64,000 bases of DNA from Eledone cirrhosa (Eukaryota). Position numbers and translations under genes: made by a program. The stretch covers positions 23,002,001 through 23,066,000 of the forward strand of contig OZ024759.1 in NCBI GenBank assembly GCA_964016885.1. The letters run 5' to 3'. The notes beneath the pieces are model-generated. The model saw nothing but the letters and a program-made list of their open reading frames with translations. It did no database searches and was not told where the DNA came from. Below, piece after piece: positions 1-13,442 of this stretch. Position 1 is the stretch's first letter; every line of letters starts with the position of its first letter.

Positions 1-215
1 TTTACATTACTCTATATTTACTATTGTATTTTCACAATAAAGACTTTATCTTACATAATTATCTCACATAATATCAAATATATGAGATTCTGATGCTATT
101 TATTTTGAGCATAATACCTTAATGTAGGTATGAGAGGCCAGTTACAGCCGGTTTGAACAGAAAGAGGTGAGAGAATTCTGGCCGGATACAGCCAGTTTAA
201 ATGCTAAAGGGTTAA
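1..215. mobile_element. TTAA-ended MITE (piggyBac-like termini), left end outside window
   Basis: Ends in TTTAAATGCTAAAGGGTTAA; reverse-complement copy at 22197-22613 and a fragment at 20573-20613. Confidence 0.65.
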
Positions 216-1074
216 ATATTCCCTCCAATACTTAAAAATTTCAATGTGATCTGCTCACAAATAAAGATATTATAAACATAGTTTTTGGACAGTTTCTCTT
301 AAACCATTACAGGATGTTAAGAGTTAAGTTATCATGTCACTCACTGTTTATTTACAAAGAAATCAATATGTCTCTCAAGATATCAGTTTTGGCAGTACCG
401 TTCACTGGGGAATTCTAATAAATATGAAATATAACCAGTCCAGTTAAACATCAATCTATATATACTTATCTATATTTATATGAGTGTGTGTGAGTGTCTG
501 TGTGTGTACATGAGGGGATGTATAGATACATGTGTGTGCATGTTATATATATATATAATTACACACAGCACCAGACAGAATTATTTCTTTCATCATCCGC
601 TCTCATTTGGGAATGGTTTTGTATGGCGTCAGTTTGTGATTTGAACTCGGGAATTTTATATTCTCCGAGGGAGAAGAGCCTTCTGAAGATTGCTCCCTTC
701 TCAATGGAAATCCGCTTGGATTTTCTATTTATTCTGGAGCATGAAACCGCGGTAAAGGCACATATAGTAAGTACAGCGAATTTTTTAAAATTTATTTTAA
801 AATTGTTTCTCTATTTGCTAGACCTTGATTTTATATGTTCTGGCTTGTTAATTTATTAACCCACCATAGAACCACATTGGCATACGGTTGGATAATACTT
901 GTTTCCCTATATGTAATTTTTACACGTAGGAATTCATACTTTATTATATATATATATATATATATATATAATCTATATATATATGGCTAAATTCCAAGTT
1001 TTCCTTTAATGTTACAACAAACACAATACATAATTCTATGACCTGCCTATATATATATATATATATATATATAA

Positions 1075-1264
1075 TAGTTGAACACTGGAGGGTTATATCC
1101 GTAGTAGTAGAGAACTGGGACGAGTTTGGCATAAGTAGTTACACAACAGTTAGTTCATCATACCGAGAACAAATGTTTCATCTTATGCGGATCCTCAGCT
1201 CAAGGATCCGCATAAGGTGAAACATTTGTTCTCAGTATGATGAACTATCTGTTGTGGAACTACT
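1075..1264 (-). mobile_element. HHR-bearing pLTR-like element, family B, with inverted partial copy, in (TA)n
   Basis: 62-bp inverted arms 1134-1195/1203-1264 with ~4 mismatches; homologous to 13443-13645 and 18190-18330; TA repeats on both sides. Confidence 0.7.
1164..1202 (-). ncRNA. Minimal type I hammerhead ribozyme motif (family B)
   Basis: Minus strand TGAG-CTGAGGA-TCCGCATAAGAT-GAAA-CATTTG-TT-CTCG; stem I TGAG/CTCG; stem II weak. Confidence 0.55.
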
Positions 1265-1277
1265 ATATATATATATC

Positions 1278-1803
1278 CACACTGTAAACGTGGTTGGTGT
1301 TAGGAAGGGCATCCAGCCGTAGAAAACCAGCCAAACAGTCCTGAGCAAGACAACCAATCTTGCCTCAAGTGGGACAATTCCCGTCCAGACCCATGCTAGC
1401 GTGGAAGATGGACGTTAAACGATGATGATGATATATATATATATATATATGTGGTGGGTATGCTGGGTACACAAAAAGCGTCCAATCCACCCTGTACAGT
1501 GGTTGTACTGATGGCATGACAAAAAAGTACCCAGTTCACCCTGTAAGGTTGTCATATTGGTAACATGACAAATACCAACCAGTCCAACCTATTAGACGGT
1601 CAATTTGGTGTCATGATATAAAGCACCCGGTCCACACTGTCACATCTGGTAGATAATAGGAAGGGCATCCAGCTGTAGAAGCCAAATGAAATTAAAGGCC
1701 CTTAGGAGTAAGATGCAGTCTACCAATCTGACTTGTCTCATAACACAATGACCCATCTAACCCATGCAAGCGTGGGATATGGATGTTAAATGAGGATGAT
1801 GCT
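1278..1803 (+). mobile_element. Two 5'-truncated SINE-like elements with internal ~38-bp repeats and (TGA)n tails
   Basis: AGGAAGGGCATCCAGC motif and GGACGTTAAACGATGATGATG tail; CCACACTGTAAA-type repeats. Confidence 0.7.
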
Positions 1804-1805
1804 GA

Positions 1806-2069
1806 TTATATATAGATATGTATGTACACACACATATATACATATATAACTATTAATACACACACACACACACACATATATACATATATAACTATTAATA
1901 CACACACACACACACACACAGATATACACACACTAATAAGCATATATATACACACACATATATATACACATATATATATAAAAACAATCACAAATATATA
2001 TATATATACAAATATACACAAACACACAAATATATATGTATATATATATAGATATATACACACACATAT

Positions 2070-2122
<53 letters not shown>

Positions 2123-2309
2123 TATATACACATATATATATAAAAACAATCACAAATATATATATACAAATATATATATATATATATATACACAAACACT
2201 CAAATATATATGTATATATATATAGATATATACACGCACATATACACAAACACACACACATATATATATATTTATATACATACACACACACATATATATG
2301 TATATATAT

Positions 2310-2341
<32 letters not shown>

Positions 2342-2988
2342 CTTAATGTATGTATTATGTATATATTTGTATAAATCATAACTGAACTCAACAAATAAAA
2401 CCCCTTATCACATCTAATCTAAATTTTTCCTGCAGAACATCAAAGGCATGTGAAACCCCCATTTCTTACAGAAAACTAAAAGTAACATTAAATGTATTCT
2501 TCTCCATGTTTTTAATTTTATACTGTCATATTTTTTACTGTATATTATTTAATTATCCGCATCCATCATTCCATTTAGTTTTGTTTTATAATTTATAGTA
2601 TTTAAGATCTAAAATGATTGAGTGTGTGTGTGTGTGTATATAGATATTCATATATATACACACATATACACACGCATATACACATATACATACACACACA
2701 TATACATACATACACACATGTATACATACATGCACACACACATACATATACAAACATATATATATATACACTCATACATATATATATATAGACACCTATA
2801 TGTGTGTTTGTATATTAAAGAGGTAGATTTGTAGAATCTGACAGCAAACGCAGCCATTTCAGTTTGTTTACTCAAGCTTCTGTGTGTGGGTTTATGGATT
2901 ACATGCTCTTCTACCTGATATTTCATATATGTTTTTGTGTTTATTTCATGTGTCAGAGAGTATATATTGATAGATATCTGTATAAACA

Positions 2989-3023
<35 letters not shown>

Positions 3024-3190
3024 TTACATACACATATACCTACCTATTTTATCTACATGCATACATATCTACATACATACATACATATATCTATACATAC
3101 AGATACATATCTACATATATACCTACCTACCTACCTACAGATGCCTACATACAGCTACATACATATCTACATACATACATACATGCACAG
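1806..3190. repeat. (TA)n/(CA)n/(TACA)n microsatellite blocks
   Basis: Direct inspection; short unique interruptions. Confidence 0.9.
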
Positions 3191-3272
3191 TAAAATACTA
3201 AATTCAATTAAAACATTAGATAAGGAGTGAGACCTAACTTTAGATGTTGAAGTCTGATTTTCCTTCTACAAA

Positions 3273-4040
3273 ATAATTGTTTCTACTTTTGGCACAAGGC
3301 CAGCAATTATCCCAGTGTATTACTGGTACTTTATTTTATCGACCCCGTAAGGATGAAAGGCAAAGTTAACCTCGGCGGGATATGAACTCAGATCATAAAG
3401 GGCCGTAACTCTTTGCTGCAAAGCATGGCGTCCGACCCTCTGCCAAAAAATAATAATGATAATGGCTTCTACTATATGCACAAGTTCAACAATTTTGGGG
3501 AGGGGAAAGTAGATTAAATTGATCCCAGTGTATTACTGGTACTTTATTTTATCAACCTCGTAAGGATGAAAGGCAAAGCTAACCTCAGCGGCATTTGAAC
3601 TCATAATAATAATAATGGTTTCTTATATAGGCACAAGGCCAGCAATTTTGGGGGAGGCGAAATTGATTAAATCAGCCCCAGTGCGTGACTGGTACTTTAT
3701 TTTATTGACTCCCATAATGATGAAAGGCAAAGCTAACCTTGGCGTGATTTAAACTCAGACCGTAAAGGGTCGTAACTATGCTGCAAAGCATGGGGTCTGA
3801 AGCTCTACCGATACTGCCAATCCACCACCCTTCTAATAATGATAATAATTGTTTCTACTTTTGGCACAAGGTCAGCATTTATCCCAGTGTATTACTGGTA
3901 CTTTATTTTATCGACCCCGTAAGGATGAAAGGCAAAGTCAACCTCGGCGAGATTTAAACTCAGATCATAAGGGGCTGTAACTCTATGCTGCAAAGCATGG
4001 CGTCCGACCCTCTACGGATACTGCCAATCCACTACCCTTC
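3273..4040 (-). mobile_element. Four head-to-tail copies of tRNA-derived SINE family A
   Basis: Minus strand A-box-like TGGCAGTATCGG, B-box-like GAGTTCAAAT, body TTTGCCTTTCATCCTTACGGGGTCGATAAAATAAAGTACCAG, tail AGTAGAAACAATT. Confidence 0.85.
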
Positions 4041-4794
4041 ACGATAATAATAACAACAAAACCTCTAGGTGCCTATATTTCAATGTAATGAATTCTATCT
4101 ATACATTAGCATTACAAACACATTCATGTAAATTTAATGTGATGGTTTCACACCACTTATATGACTTATAAATGAACTATTTCTCTATAACACAAGAATT
4201 GCTGCCAAGTTTCTTGACAATCCGCAAAAACCTTGCTTTCTTTCTTTGCCTTCACTTAAACTTTTCAACAGAGGTCGATGCCCAGATTTGAGAGGTTTTT
4301 AAAACAGAGCTGTCGACACCATTACGTGACGTTTTTCCCTATTTTACAAAAACTAGTGGTCAAATAATTTTTGCCCAATTTGACCACAAAGTGATGAAGT
4401 GTGAAGATTATTGGAGCTCTGAAATGGCATTATCAACACTACATTTGGCATAACTCCAGCAGATACTAAAACGTCTATCATTTGCAATTTTCTCCATTCG
4501 GTAAAAGCTTTTTCCTTTTGCTATATTAGATAAATGAGCTTCACTTTCCTGGTAAGATTCTTGCAGCCAATTTCAAGTCAAACATTACAGTACTGTGTGC
4601 AGTTCATTCTCTTCAATATCGATCTGTACTTTCACTTTACAAGAACTCACTGTTACATAATAATTGAGGAAATGGAATTTTATTGACATCCAAGTATTAG
4701 CCTAAAGAAATATTGGTGAAAGTTATTTTACTAAATCCCTCCAAATTCATGATTAAAAAAAAAAAATTCATTAGAAATACGTTAACGAACTGGT

Positions 4795-6139
4795 TAACCC
4801 TTTTGTTATCGCATTTCTAATGAAATACACCCTATAGGAATTAATTAATGAAGAATTTGAAAGAAATTACAAAGATTATTAATTATTTCACTATTAAGAT
4901 GGTATGAAGCGATGAATTAGTAGATTTGCTACAACGTCGGACAACATATATTGAAGCATATAGTTACATCCCTTTATGTTCTGAGTTTAGATTCTGCTGA
5001 GATTAGCTTTGCCCTTCATCCTTACAAAGGCGATAAAATAAGATAGCAGTTAAGTAGTGGGGTCGATTTAATGAACTTTCTCCTCTCTTCAAAATTGTTG
5101 GGTTTATGCCTAAATCAGACACCATTATTCAGATGGTATTAAGCATTGGATTGGCAGAATCGGTGGAGTGTCAGGCAACATGTTTTACGGCATATAGTTA
5201 AAGCCCTTTATGTTCTGAGATCAGATCCTGCTGATGTTAGCTTTGCCTTTCATCATTAAATTAAAATACCAGTCATGCATTGGGGTCAATTTAGTCGACT
5301 TTTACCATTTCCTTCAAATTGCTGGCCTTGTGCCAAATATGGAAACAGTTATTAAGGTGATATCAAGGCAGTGGATTGGCAGAAGTGGTGGAGGATTGGA
5401 CAAAATGCCTTCTGGTATTTGTTTCAGTTCTTTATGTTCTGAGTTCAAATCCCACCAAGTTAGCTTTTCCTTTCCTCCTTCCTGAGGTCAATAAAATTAA
5501 ATACCAGTTAAGTACTGGGTAGATATAATCAACTTTCCCTGTCCCCAAATTGTTGGCCTCATGCTAATGTGAAAAAGAATTATTAAGATGGTATTTGTAA
5601 CACAACTTAGCCGAAGTAGTATTATGTTAGAAGGTTTCAATTTATGGAATACAAGTGACCAAAAAGGGGGTTCCCCCAAAGGGTCTCCTTTGAGTAATGT
5701 TACTCGATAGAGTACGTAGCTTAGAGATCAGAGAGTCACTCCAACTAGAGCTGCTACTTTCCTGAATTTCTATATTGAGAGATCATATCTCCAATATTAT
5801 GGGTATGTGATTAGAATATTTTAGGAAAGAATCGCTGGACAGATTTACAGGGAAAACAAGCTGTCAGGAGACCCGGGGGTAGACCCCAAGCAAGATGGTT
5901 GGATAACATCCATGAGCTCAGGTGGTCTCGCTTAGAGATCCAGTGTAATGAATTAGAGATGGATGCTTCTGACAGGACCCAATGGAAGGAGTGTTTGCGG
6001 ACTCTGCTCCCAGGACCCTATCAGGAATAAATGGGCAAAGAAGAAGATATTAAATTAAATAGAATCCCTTTAAAAATGTATGGTTCTGTTTCATAGAACC
6101 AGATGTGGTTTTGGGTGGGTTGGTATCAAAAAGGGTTAA
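4795..6139. mobile_element. TTAA-ended MITE expanded by three SINE-A copies and an RTE fragment
   Basis: Termini TTAACCCTTTTG / CAAAAAGGGTTAA; an empty ~240-bp version lies at 23537-23780. Confidence 0.65.
5790..6048 (+). mobile_element. RTE-type LINE 3' end, decayed
   Basis: Translates to LQYYGYVIR...RRPGGRPQARWLDNI...DRTQW; related pieces at 11545-11885 and 54150-54410. Confidence 0.7.
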
Positions 6140-6213
6140 TTGACATGAAAAGAAAGAATGGTGAAGTCAACTCTGGCAGACTTTGAACAATTAATGTAAG
6201 GACATGAAAAATA

Positions 6214-6812
6214 GTCTGGCCAGGCTTCTGCCTGCTACTGGTATTATGTAACCCAATTCAACCTGGTCCATGGTCGAGTGGTCAGTGTCTAAACAGGTTC
6301 TCTCCCCATAATAATAAATCTGGACTGTAAGTGCTATATGTCAGGTCAGGCTTCTGCCTGCTACTGGTATCATGTAACCCAATACAAATTGCTTAGTGGT
6401 TGAGTGGTCATCGTCTAAACTGGCTCCTCCACCATAATAATAAATATTTACGTTGTGCTCTAGTATAAATATTTATTATCTAATTAATTACATTGTTAAT
6501 TAAGTGATAGAGTTGATTTAACTTTTTGGTGACCATACTTCTAATGAAATATACTATTCCAATTAACTAATGAAGAATTTTGATGGATTAATTAAAGTTA
6601 TTAATTATTTCATTACTAAGATAGTAACTGGGTAAGGGGAACCCCAGAAGTACAAAAAAAAAAAGCTGTTAAATGGTGGAAGAACTCCTCAGAGTTAATG
6701 GCTATCCACTCTAACTTATGTCTGGTCAGGCTTTTGCCTGCTAGTGGTATCATGTAACCTAGTACAATTTGCTTCATGGTCAAGTGGTCAGCCACTAAAC
6801 AGGCTTCCCAAA
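6214..6812. repeat. Three diverged ~100-bp repeats (GGCTTCTGCCTGCTACTGGTATCATGTAACC...)
   Basis: Copies at ~6214, ~6340 and ~6721. Confidence 0.7.
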
Positions 6813-7379
6813 CAGACTCTGGTCTGGTGAGGAGGGTAAATGGAACCGCAGCAGCACAAAAACAGGAGCTGTTAAAAGAACAGATGAACTCCTGAGAAAC
6901 AATGGCCATCCGCCCTAACTATGAGTTAAATAGCCTCACCAACCCACAACTGGCCAAATGTGGTGAGTATGGCTACACCTCTGAAGACATGACCAAAACC
7001 AAACAGAAAGAGGTCAACCAGAGAGGGGGTCCTTTAACTGGAGTGAGAAGGCCCTGGATTGGGTGAAAACTTATTACATGTCTTCTACCTTGTTTTGAAG
7101 TCAATCGTTGTATCAGTATGACTAGGAATGTCAAACATGCGGCCCTTTACAGGTACATCTGTGAACCACAGAAAGATTTTTACAGCGCGAACATGTTTTA
7201 TATTTGTAATATAAAATTTAAAACATTAGTTGTAATGTGCACAATTAGTTGTCATGTATTGGGTCACAATTAGTTGTCAGACAACACGTGACCCTCGGGA
7301 GACCCTCAGTCTGACATGTTTGAGTATGACAATAAGGGTTACAGCTCTTTATGTCCTGAGCTGGAATTTTAACTTAAAA

Positions 7380-7748
7380 CTGAGGAAGGAAGGAATGTTC
7401 CATCAGGGGGGGGGGTGTTAGGAGGTGCTGCGTAGTCTGTGGTTCAATGCCACAGTCACACATGTCCCCATCCTTTAAATATCCCCTTTTTGCAAGATTG
7501 ACTTTGGCATGTCCAACACCAGATCTTAGTCTGTTGAGGCATTTCCACACTGCATAGTTTGTATCTACTCCAGGGGGAAGAGCCTCGCTCACCTTTAGCT
7601 CTATTGTTGTTAAAGATGGGAGGTTGTTAAGTTTTTCTTCCCAGCGAGTGACTCTTTCACTACTTATGCTTGATGTTCCAAGGGGTGTGACGCTTTTTAG
7701 GAAACTTTTCTTGGATTTAAGGCAGCTTTTAGCTGGCACATGGCTCAC
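7380..7748 (-). mobile_element. Non-LTR retrotransposon C-terminal fragment (Ingi/Vingi-like zinc knuckle)
   Basis: ORF contains WKCLNRLRSGVG...KRGYL...CDCGIEPQTTQHLL; homologous to 36255-36800. Confidence 0.7.
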
Positions 7749-7899
7749 TACTTATGCTTTATGTTCCAAGGGATAATAATGATGCTGATGATGATGATGA
7801 TGGTGGTGAAATACCTGTGGTGTCCTGGAGCCAATAGCTATAGATAGGGATATCAAGAATTTATCAGAATCATACAATAGAAGACAAAACACGAGATAA

Positions 7900-8080
7900 C
7901 AATGGTGATGTGTATTATGCTGATGGCGATAATACGGCCATAAGTGATGAAGATAGTGATGCTGATGGCGACAATGATGAATGTAATGACGGAGGTGATA
8001 ACGATGATGATGATGATGATGACAATGATGATGATGACAATGATGCTAATGAGCATGATCATAATGATGATGATCATGAT
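7900..8080. repeat. (GAT)n diverged microsatellite
   Basis: Direct inspection. Confidence 0.85.
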
Positions 8081-8209
8081 AGCAAACCATAAATGTTTAA
8101 ATATTTGAATGTTCTTTCAAATACCAATATCCTGTTAGAAAAGAATAGGAAGACATTTAAATGAAGGGTTTAGAAAGTATTTACAAAGAAACACAAAACT
8201 AATGCTGGA

Positions 8210-8690
8210 ACAACAAAACAGCCACAACAAACAAAATATCACTTAATACAACAACAACTACAACAACAGCCACAAAAAACAAAATATCACTTAATACAAC
8301 AACAGCCACAAAAAACAAAATATCACTTAATACAACAACAACAACAGTAGTAACAACAAAATCGTTTAATAAAACATTACACAACAACAACAGCCACAAC
8401 AACAACATTTAATATAACAACAGCAACAACAGCAGTACAACAACAACAACAACAGTACAACAACAACCACAACAGCAACAACAACAGCAACACCAGCAAC
8501 ATCGGTACAGCAATAACAACAACAACAACCACAACAGCAACAACCAACAGCAACATCGGTACAGCAATAACAACAACAACAGTACAGCAGCAACAACAGT
8601 ACAGCAGCAACAACAACAGCAGCAGCAACAAGAGTACGACAGCAACAACAACAGTACAACAACAACAACACCACCATTTAATATAACAGT
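8210..8690. repeat. (AAC/CAG)n microsatellite with repeated AACAAAATATCACTTAATAC units
   Basis: Direct inspection. Confidence 0.85.
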
Positions 8691-8869
8691 AGAGAAAAAC
8701 AAGAGCATTGTATTTCCTTTGTCTCATTCTAAATTGAAGTTGATATTTGTGGTTTGAAAATATTCTTCACTGATTTTCTAATTATTTCTGTCCATATATT
8801 TTAATAGGATTTCATGGTGGCTCTTATTTTTGTTGTTTCCTTATTTGTTTATTGTGTTTTCTCATTTAC

Positions 8870-9562
8870 AATGGTTGTTGTGGTTTTTGTTGCTGCTGTT
8901 GTGACCAGTGTTGTTGCTGTGGCCTGTGTTGTTGCTGTTGTTGTTGTTGTGGCCTGTGTTGTTGTGGTCGGTTGTTGTGGTGGTCTATTGTTGTTGTTGT
9001 TGTTGTCTGTTGTTGTTGTTGTTGTCTGTTGTTGTTGAGGTCTGTTGTTGTTGAGGTCTGTTGTTGTTGAGGTCTGTTGTTGTTGAGGTCTGTTGTTGTT
9101 GAGGTCTGTTGTTGTTGAGGTCTGTTGTTGTTGAGGTCTGTTGTTGTTGAGGTCTGTTGTTGTTGAGGTCTGTTGTTGTTGAGGTCTGTTGTTGTTGAGG
9201 TCTGTTGTTGTTGAGGTCTGTTGTTGTTGAGGTCTGTTGTTGTTGAGGTCTGTTGTTGTTGTGGTCTGTTGTGGTCTGTTGTTTTATTGATATTGTCATT
9301 GCTTTGGTACCTGTGACTGTTGTGGTCTCTGTTGTTGTTGTTGTTGTGGTCTGTTGTTTTATTGATATTGTCATTGCTTTGGTGCCTGTGACTGTTGTGG
9401 TCTGTTGTTTTTGTTGTTGTGGTCTGTTGTTTTATTGATATTGTCATTGCTTTGGTACCTGTGACTGTTGTGGTCTGTTGTTTTTGTTGTTGTGGTCTGT
9501 TGTTTTATTGATATTGTCATTGCTTTGGTGCCTGTGGCTGTTGTGGTCTCTGTTGTTGTTGT
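8870..9562. repeat. (GTT)n-derived minisatellite: ~14 copies of 16-bp GTCTGTTGTTGTTGAG, then four ~75-bp units
   Basis: Direct inspection; the poly-Q/T ORFs arise from this array. Confidence 0.9.
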
Positions 9563-9992
9563 TTCCTTGATGTTATAGTTATTGTTCATGTCTCTTCTGT
9601 TATTGTATTTTCCATTTTATTTCTTTATTCCCTCTTATAGTGATGATTATTCTTCCTGGAAGGTAGTTTTTCTTTCCTCCATTTATATTTGTTTGCCCTT
9701 CTTTATTTCTTTATTTATTTTCTTATTCTATTTCTGCTGCCGACTGCTTCCTTCCATTCTTCTTCTTCTTTTCCCTGTAAAACTATGTTTTTACCACTTC
9801 TAATGATTTTTTTTTTGTTTTTCCAATTCTTCAACTCCTATGTTCAGTTTTTGGTTTTCATTAATTTATATATAAATATATAAATGTATATATAAATATA
9901 TAAAAGTATATATATATATAAATATATAAATTAAATTAATAAAAACAATGAAATAAAAACAAAGAACAAGTTCCTTATATTAAAAAATTCAT

Positions 9993-10045
9993 AATTTTAC
10001 GATCGTTTCTTGGATGTATATGTTGTATGATTTTCATCGAAAATT
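9993..10045 (-). ncRNA. Degenerate hammerhead-like motif
   Basis: AATTT-TCGATGA...GAAA-CGATCG-TA-AAATT; palindromic stem III, altered core, poor stem II. Confidence 0.35.
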
Positions 10046-10156
10046 TTTGAATGCATCTTCTCTTTTCATGATATTTGGATTACATTGAGTTCATACGGAT
10101 TGGACACTACCGTATATTTTGGTAGATTTTCTATATATAAATATATATAAATATAT

Positions 10157-10193
<37 letters not shown>

Positions 10194-10196
10194 AAT

Positions 10197-10233
<37 letters not shown>

Positions 10234-10294
10234 AATATATATATGTATATAAATATATATATATAAATATATATATATAAATAAATAAATATAT

Positions 10295-11125
10295 CATCAT
10301 CATCATCATCTTCGTTTAAAGTCCATATTCCACGCTCGCATGGGTTTGGACGGGAGTTTTCCCACTTGAGGCAAGAGTGGTTGTCTTGCTCGCATAGGAC
10401 TGTCTGGCGGGTTTTCTACGGCTGGATGCCCTTCCTAACACCAACCACATTTACAGTGTGGAACTGGGAGGTTTTTACCGTGTTACCTACACGGCCACAT
10501 TACAGCATGGACTGTGTGTTTTTTTGTCGTGACACCTACACGACCTCATTTGTTTCGGGCTGGATGTTGTGGTACCAACATAACTTTAGATATATATATA
10601 TATATAAATAAATATATATATAAATATAAATAAATAAATATATATATATATATATATATATATCTAAGGCGGGTAAAATTCCCGAGATCCATGGACGAGT
10701 TCTCTCCAGCGGTCTCTGTCCCTCATTATCGCTGCCATGTCCTGCGTCTCCAACAGACCAGTGTCTGTCCTTAGGGCATCAACATACGTTAACCTTGGTC
10801 TTCCTCTTCTATGTATATATAAATATAAATATATATAAATATATATATATAAATACATATAAATATCATCATCATCTGGGTGTTTTATGTTGTGACACCT
10901 ACACCACTTCACAGTGTGTACTGGGTGCCTTTTGTCATGTCAACAATATGACTACTTTACAGTGTGGGCTGAGCGCTTTTTGTTGTGACACCTCCATGAC
11001 CACTTTACCGTGTGAACTGGGTACTTTTTGTCATGTCACCAACACAACCACCTTCAGTGTGGACTGGGTACTTCTTGTTGTGACACCTACATGACCACTT
11101 TACAGTGTGGACTGAGCACATTTTG
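10295..11125 (-). mobile_element. SINE-like elements with ~38-bp internal repeat arrays, flanking an RTE fragment
   Basis: CATCATCAT start, GGCTGGATGCCCTTCCTAAC motif, ACCACTTTACAGTGTGGACTGGGT units. Confidence 0.7.
10664..10810 (-). mobile_element. RTE LINE extreme 3' end inserted in (TA)n
   Basis: RRGRPRLTYVDALRTDTG...MRDRDRWRELV then stop; TA on both sides. Confidence 0.75.
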
Positions 11126-12572
11126 TTCTTAGCTATGTTGTTGCTACAGACATATATTTAGTTATGTGTTAATTACTGTGTTCAAATTTCTGATGTATTC
11201 AACACAGTTTTTAAACAACTGCGCAGTGATGTTGATAAAATAAAGTAATAGACAAGTAGTGAAGTTGATATAATCAAATACACCCACCCAATCAACCACC
11301 CTTAATATATGTGGGCCTGTGTTAGAATTCAATATTATAAGAGAGGTGGTGGGTTGACAGAATTGTTAGAGCATTGATCGAAACATTTGTGGAAGTTTTT
11401 CTGGCTCTTCATGCATATATTCTGAGTTCAAAATCAGCTGAGGCCAACTTTCCTTTTCATTCTTCTGAGCATGGATAAAATGAAGTACCAATCAAGTACT
11501 GGGGTCGAGTTTATCAACTATACCTGCTCCTTTTCTTCTTTGCTGACTTATTCCCAGAAGGGTCATGGGGGACAGAGTCCTCAGAGGGACCTGTAAGAAG
11601 CAAGTGTCTCTAATTGATCTGGTTGGATCCCTGAGTGAGACCAGCCAAGCTCATGGATGTAAGCCTACCATCTTGCTTGGGGTCCTGTCCAGTAATTCTT
11701 TCCTTTTGAGGTTGATAAATAAAATACAAGTCACGTACTGGGTTTGATTCTTCTATCTTTCCACTTTCTCATCTCTCGCTTTCTTGAAAGAATTGACTGA
11801 ATTCAGACCTGATGATGGATGGGCATTGCCAAGTTTTAAATGCTGCTTCTGACAGGACCCCCTTGGGAATAAGTAGGCAAAGAAAAAAGAAAAAAGACAA
11901 AGAAAAAGAAGAAGGTGAAGACGACGAAGAAGAAGGCAAAGACAAAGAAGAAGAAGAACAAGAAGTAGGCAAAGACAATGGAAGAGGGGGAAGAGGAGAC
12001 GAAAAAGAGGAAGAAGAAAGAAAAAGAAAGAAAGAAAGAAGAACAAAAAGAACAAAGATGAACTTGGCTGGATTTGAACTCAGGAAACATAGAACCAGAC
12101 CAAACAACCAAACACCATGGAAAGCATTCTAACCAAAGTTCTCAACAATTCTCCTCCATTTCTTTATTTTATCTCATTGACACAAAGTGTGTAAATATTA
12201 TCAAATGAGAATGTTTAATATGGCCTGAGGACTTGTGCACATATTATTTCGCTTCATTTTTCTCTCAGTAGTCCTAACGTTTGCAAATAGTTCCTTTACT
12301 ACAAACGGATTTCCGGATTGCTTTGTTTACCATTTTGTTGTTGCTATCTTCTTTCCTTTAACCTTCCTTCCGGTGATCCGTCATTCGTCTTCCGCCCGAC
12401 TATAATTGATCAGTTCTTAATTTAAATTTAATTTTTTTGAATTACAAGTCACAATAGAATTTTTCATTGTATTAAATTTTGCTTTGAACAAATAATGTTT
12501 ATATTTTTCATTATCTTGATATTTTATGATCACTGCAATATAACACACACACACACACGTATGTGTGTATGT

Positions 12573-12639
<67 letters not shown>

Positions 12640-13124
12640 ATATATGAATATATATATACAGACACATATATATATACAGACACATATCTAATAAAATGAG
12701 CCTTTGAATTTATATCATAATATATACATATATATATATACACACAAATAATGTACACATGCACCCATACATGCACATACACTCATACACACAAACATAC
12801 ATGCACACATATATATATATATATATATATAGATACATGTATTTAAACAGAGATGAGTATGATGGTTGTCATATTAATACAAAAGTACATTGATGACTTT
12901 AATGGACAGGGGCGAGGAGGAGGAGGGAATGTCTTTTATTAATCTGTTGGCCAGACTCATTGATGGAATTAACTAGTGCCAGATGTTAGTCTGGCAGATG
13001 AATGAAGTGATTGTAATAACTAAATACTAATGAAATTGTGTTGCTGCATCATCAGCAGATGCAATCTCTGTCTCTTCTGAACACAATTACATCTGCTGAA
13101 ACTGTAAACCATTACATATACACA

Positions 13125-13189
<65 letters not shown>

Positions 13190-13227
13190 CAAATATTAAT
13201 AAAATAGATGTTCTTGTGATCAATTAA

Positions 13228-13293
13228 ATTTTATTATACATATTTCAGAGGTACTTGAATCAAGTTCAATAGTACGTCCTCATCAGATAAAAT
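13228..13293 (-). ncRNA. Type I hammerhead ribozyme motif (family A)
   Basis: ATTTTAT-CTGATGA-GGACGTACT...AGTACCTCT-GAAA-TATGTA-TA-ATAAAAT; all three stems pair. Confidence 0.75.
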
Positions 13294-13401
13294 AAAATGA
13301 TACATGACATACCCTGACATGTTAAATGGTTAAGATTTAATCAAGGTAGTATTAAGATTTAATCAAGGTAGTTTAACTCTTTAAAAAAAAAAAATTTTTT
13401 T

Positions 13402-13441
<40 letters not shown>

Positions 13442-13442
13442 C

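Noticed and set aside
683-722. CTGAAGA...GAAA-TCC-GCTT-GGA-TT hammerhead-like string
   Set aside because: The bases next to the core do not form stem I; may be chance or heavily decayed
8866-9447. Mucin-like or poly-Q/T ORF
   Set aside because: A 16-bp unit that cycles through the frames; it is a minisatellite
11812-12132. Charged K/E/R-rich ORF (also 29403-29861 and 31877-32167)
   Set aside because: Derived from purine-rich simple repeats and an RTE tail
12227-12274. Minus-strand AGGACT...CTGAGAGA...GAAA...AGTCCT
   Set aside because: The core has an insertion and there is no credible stem II or III
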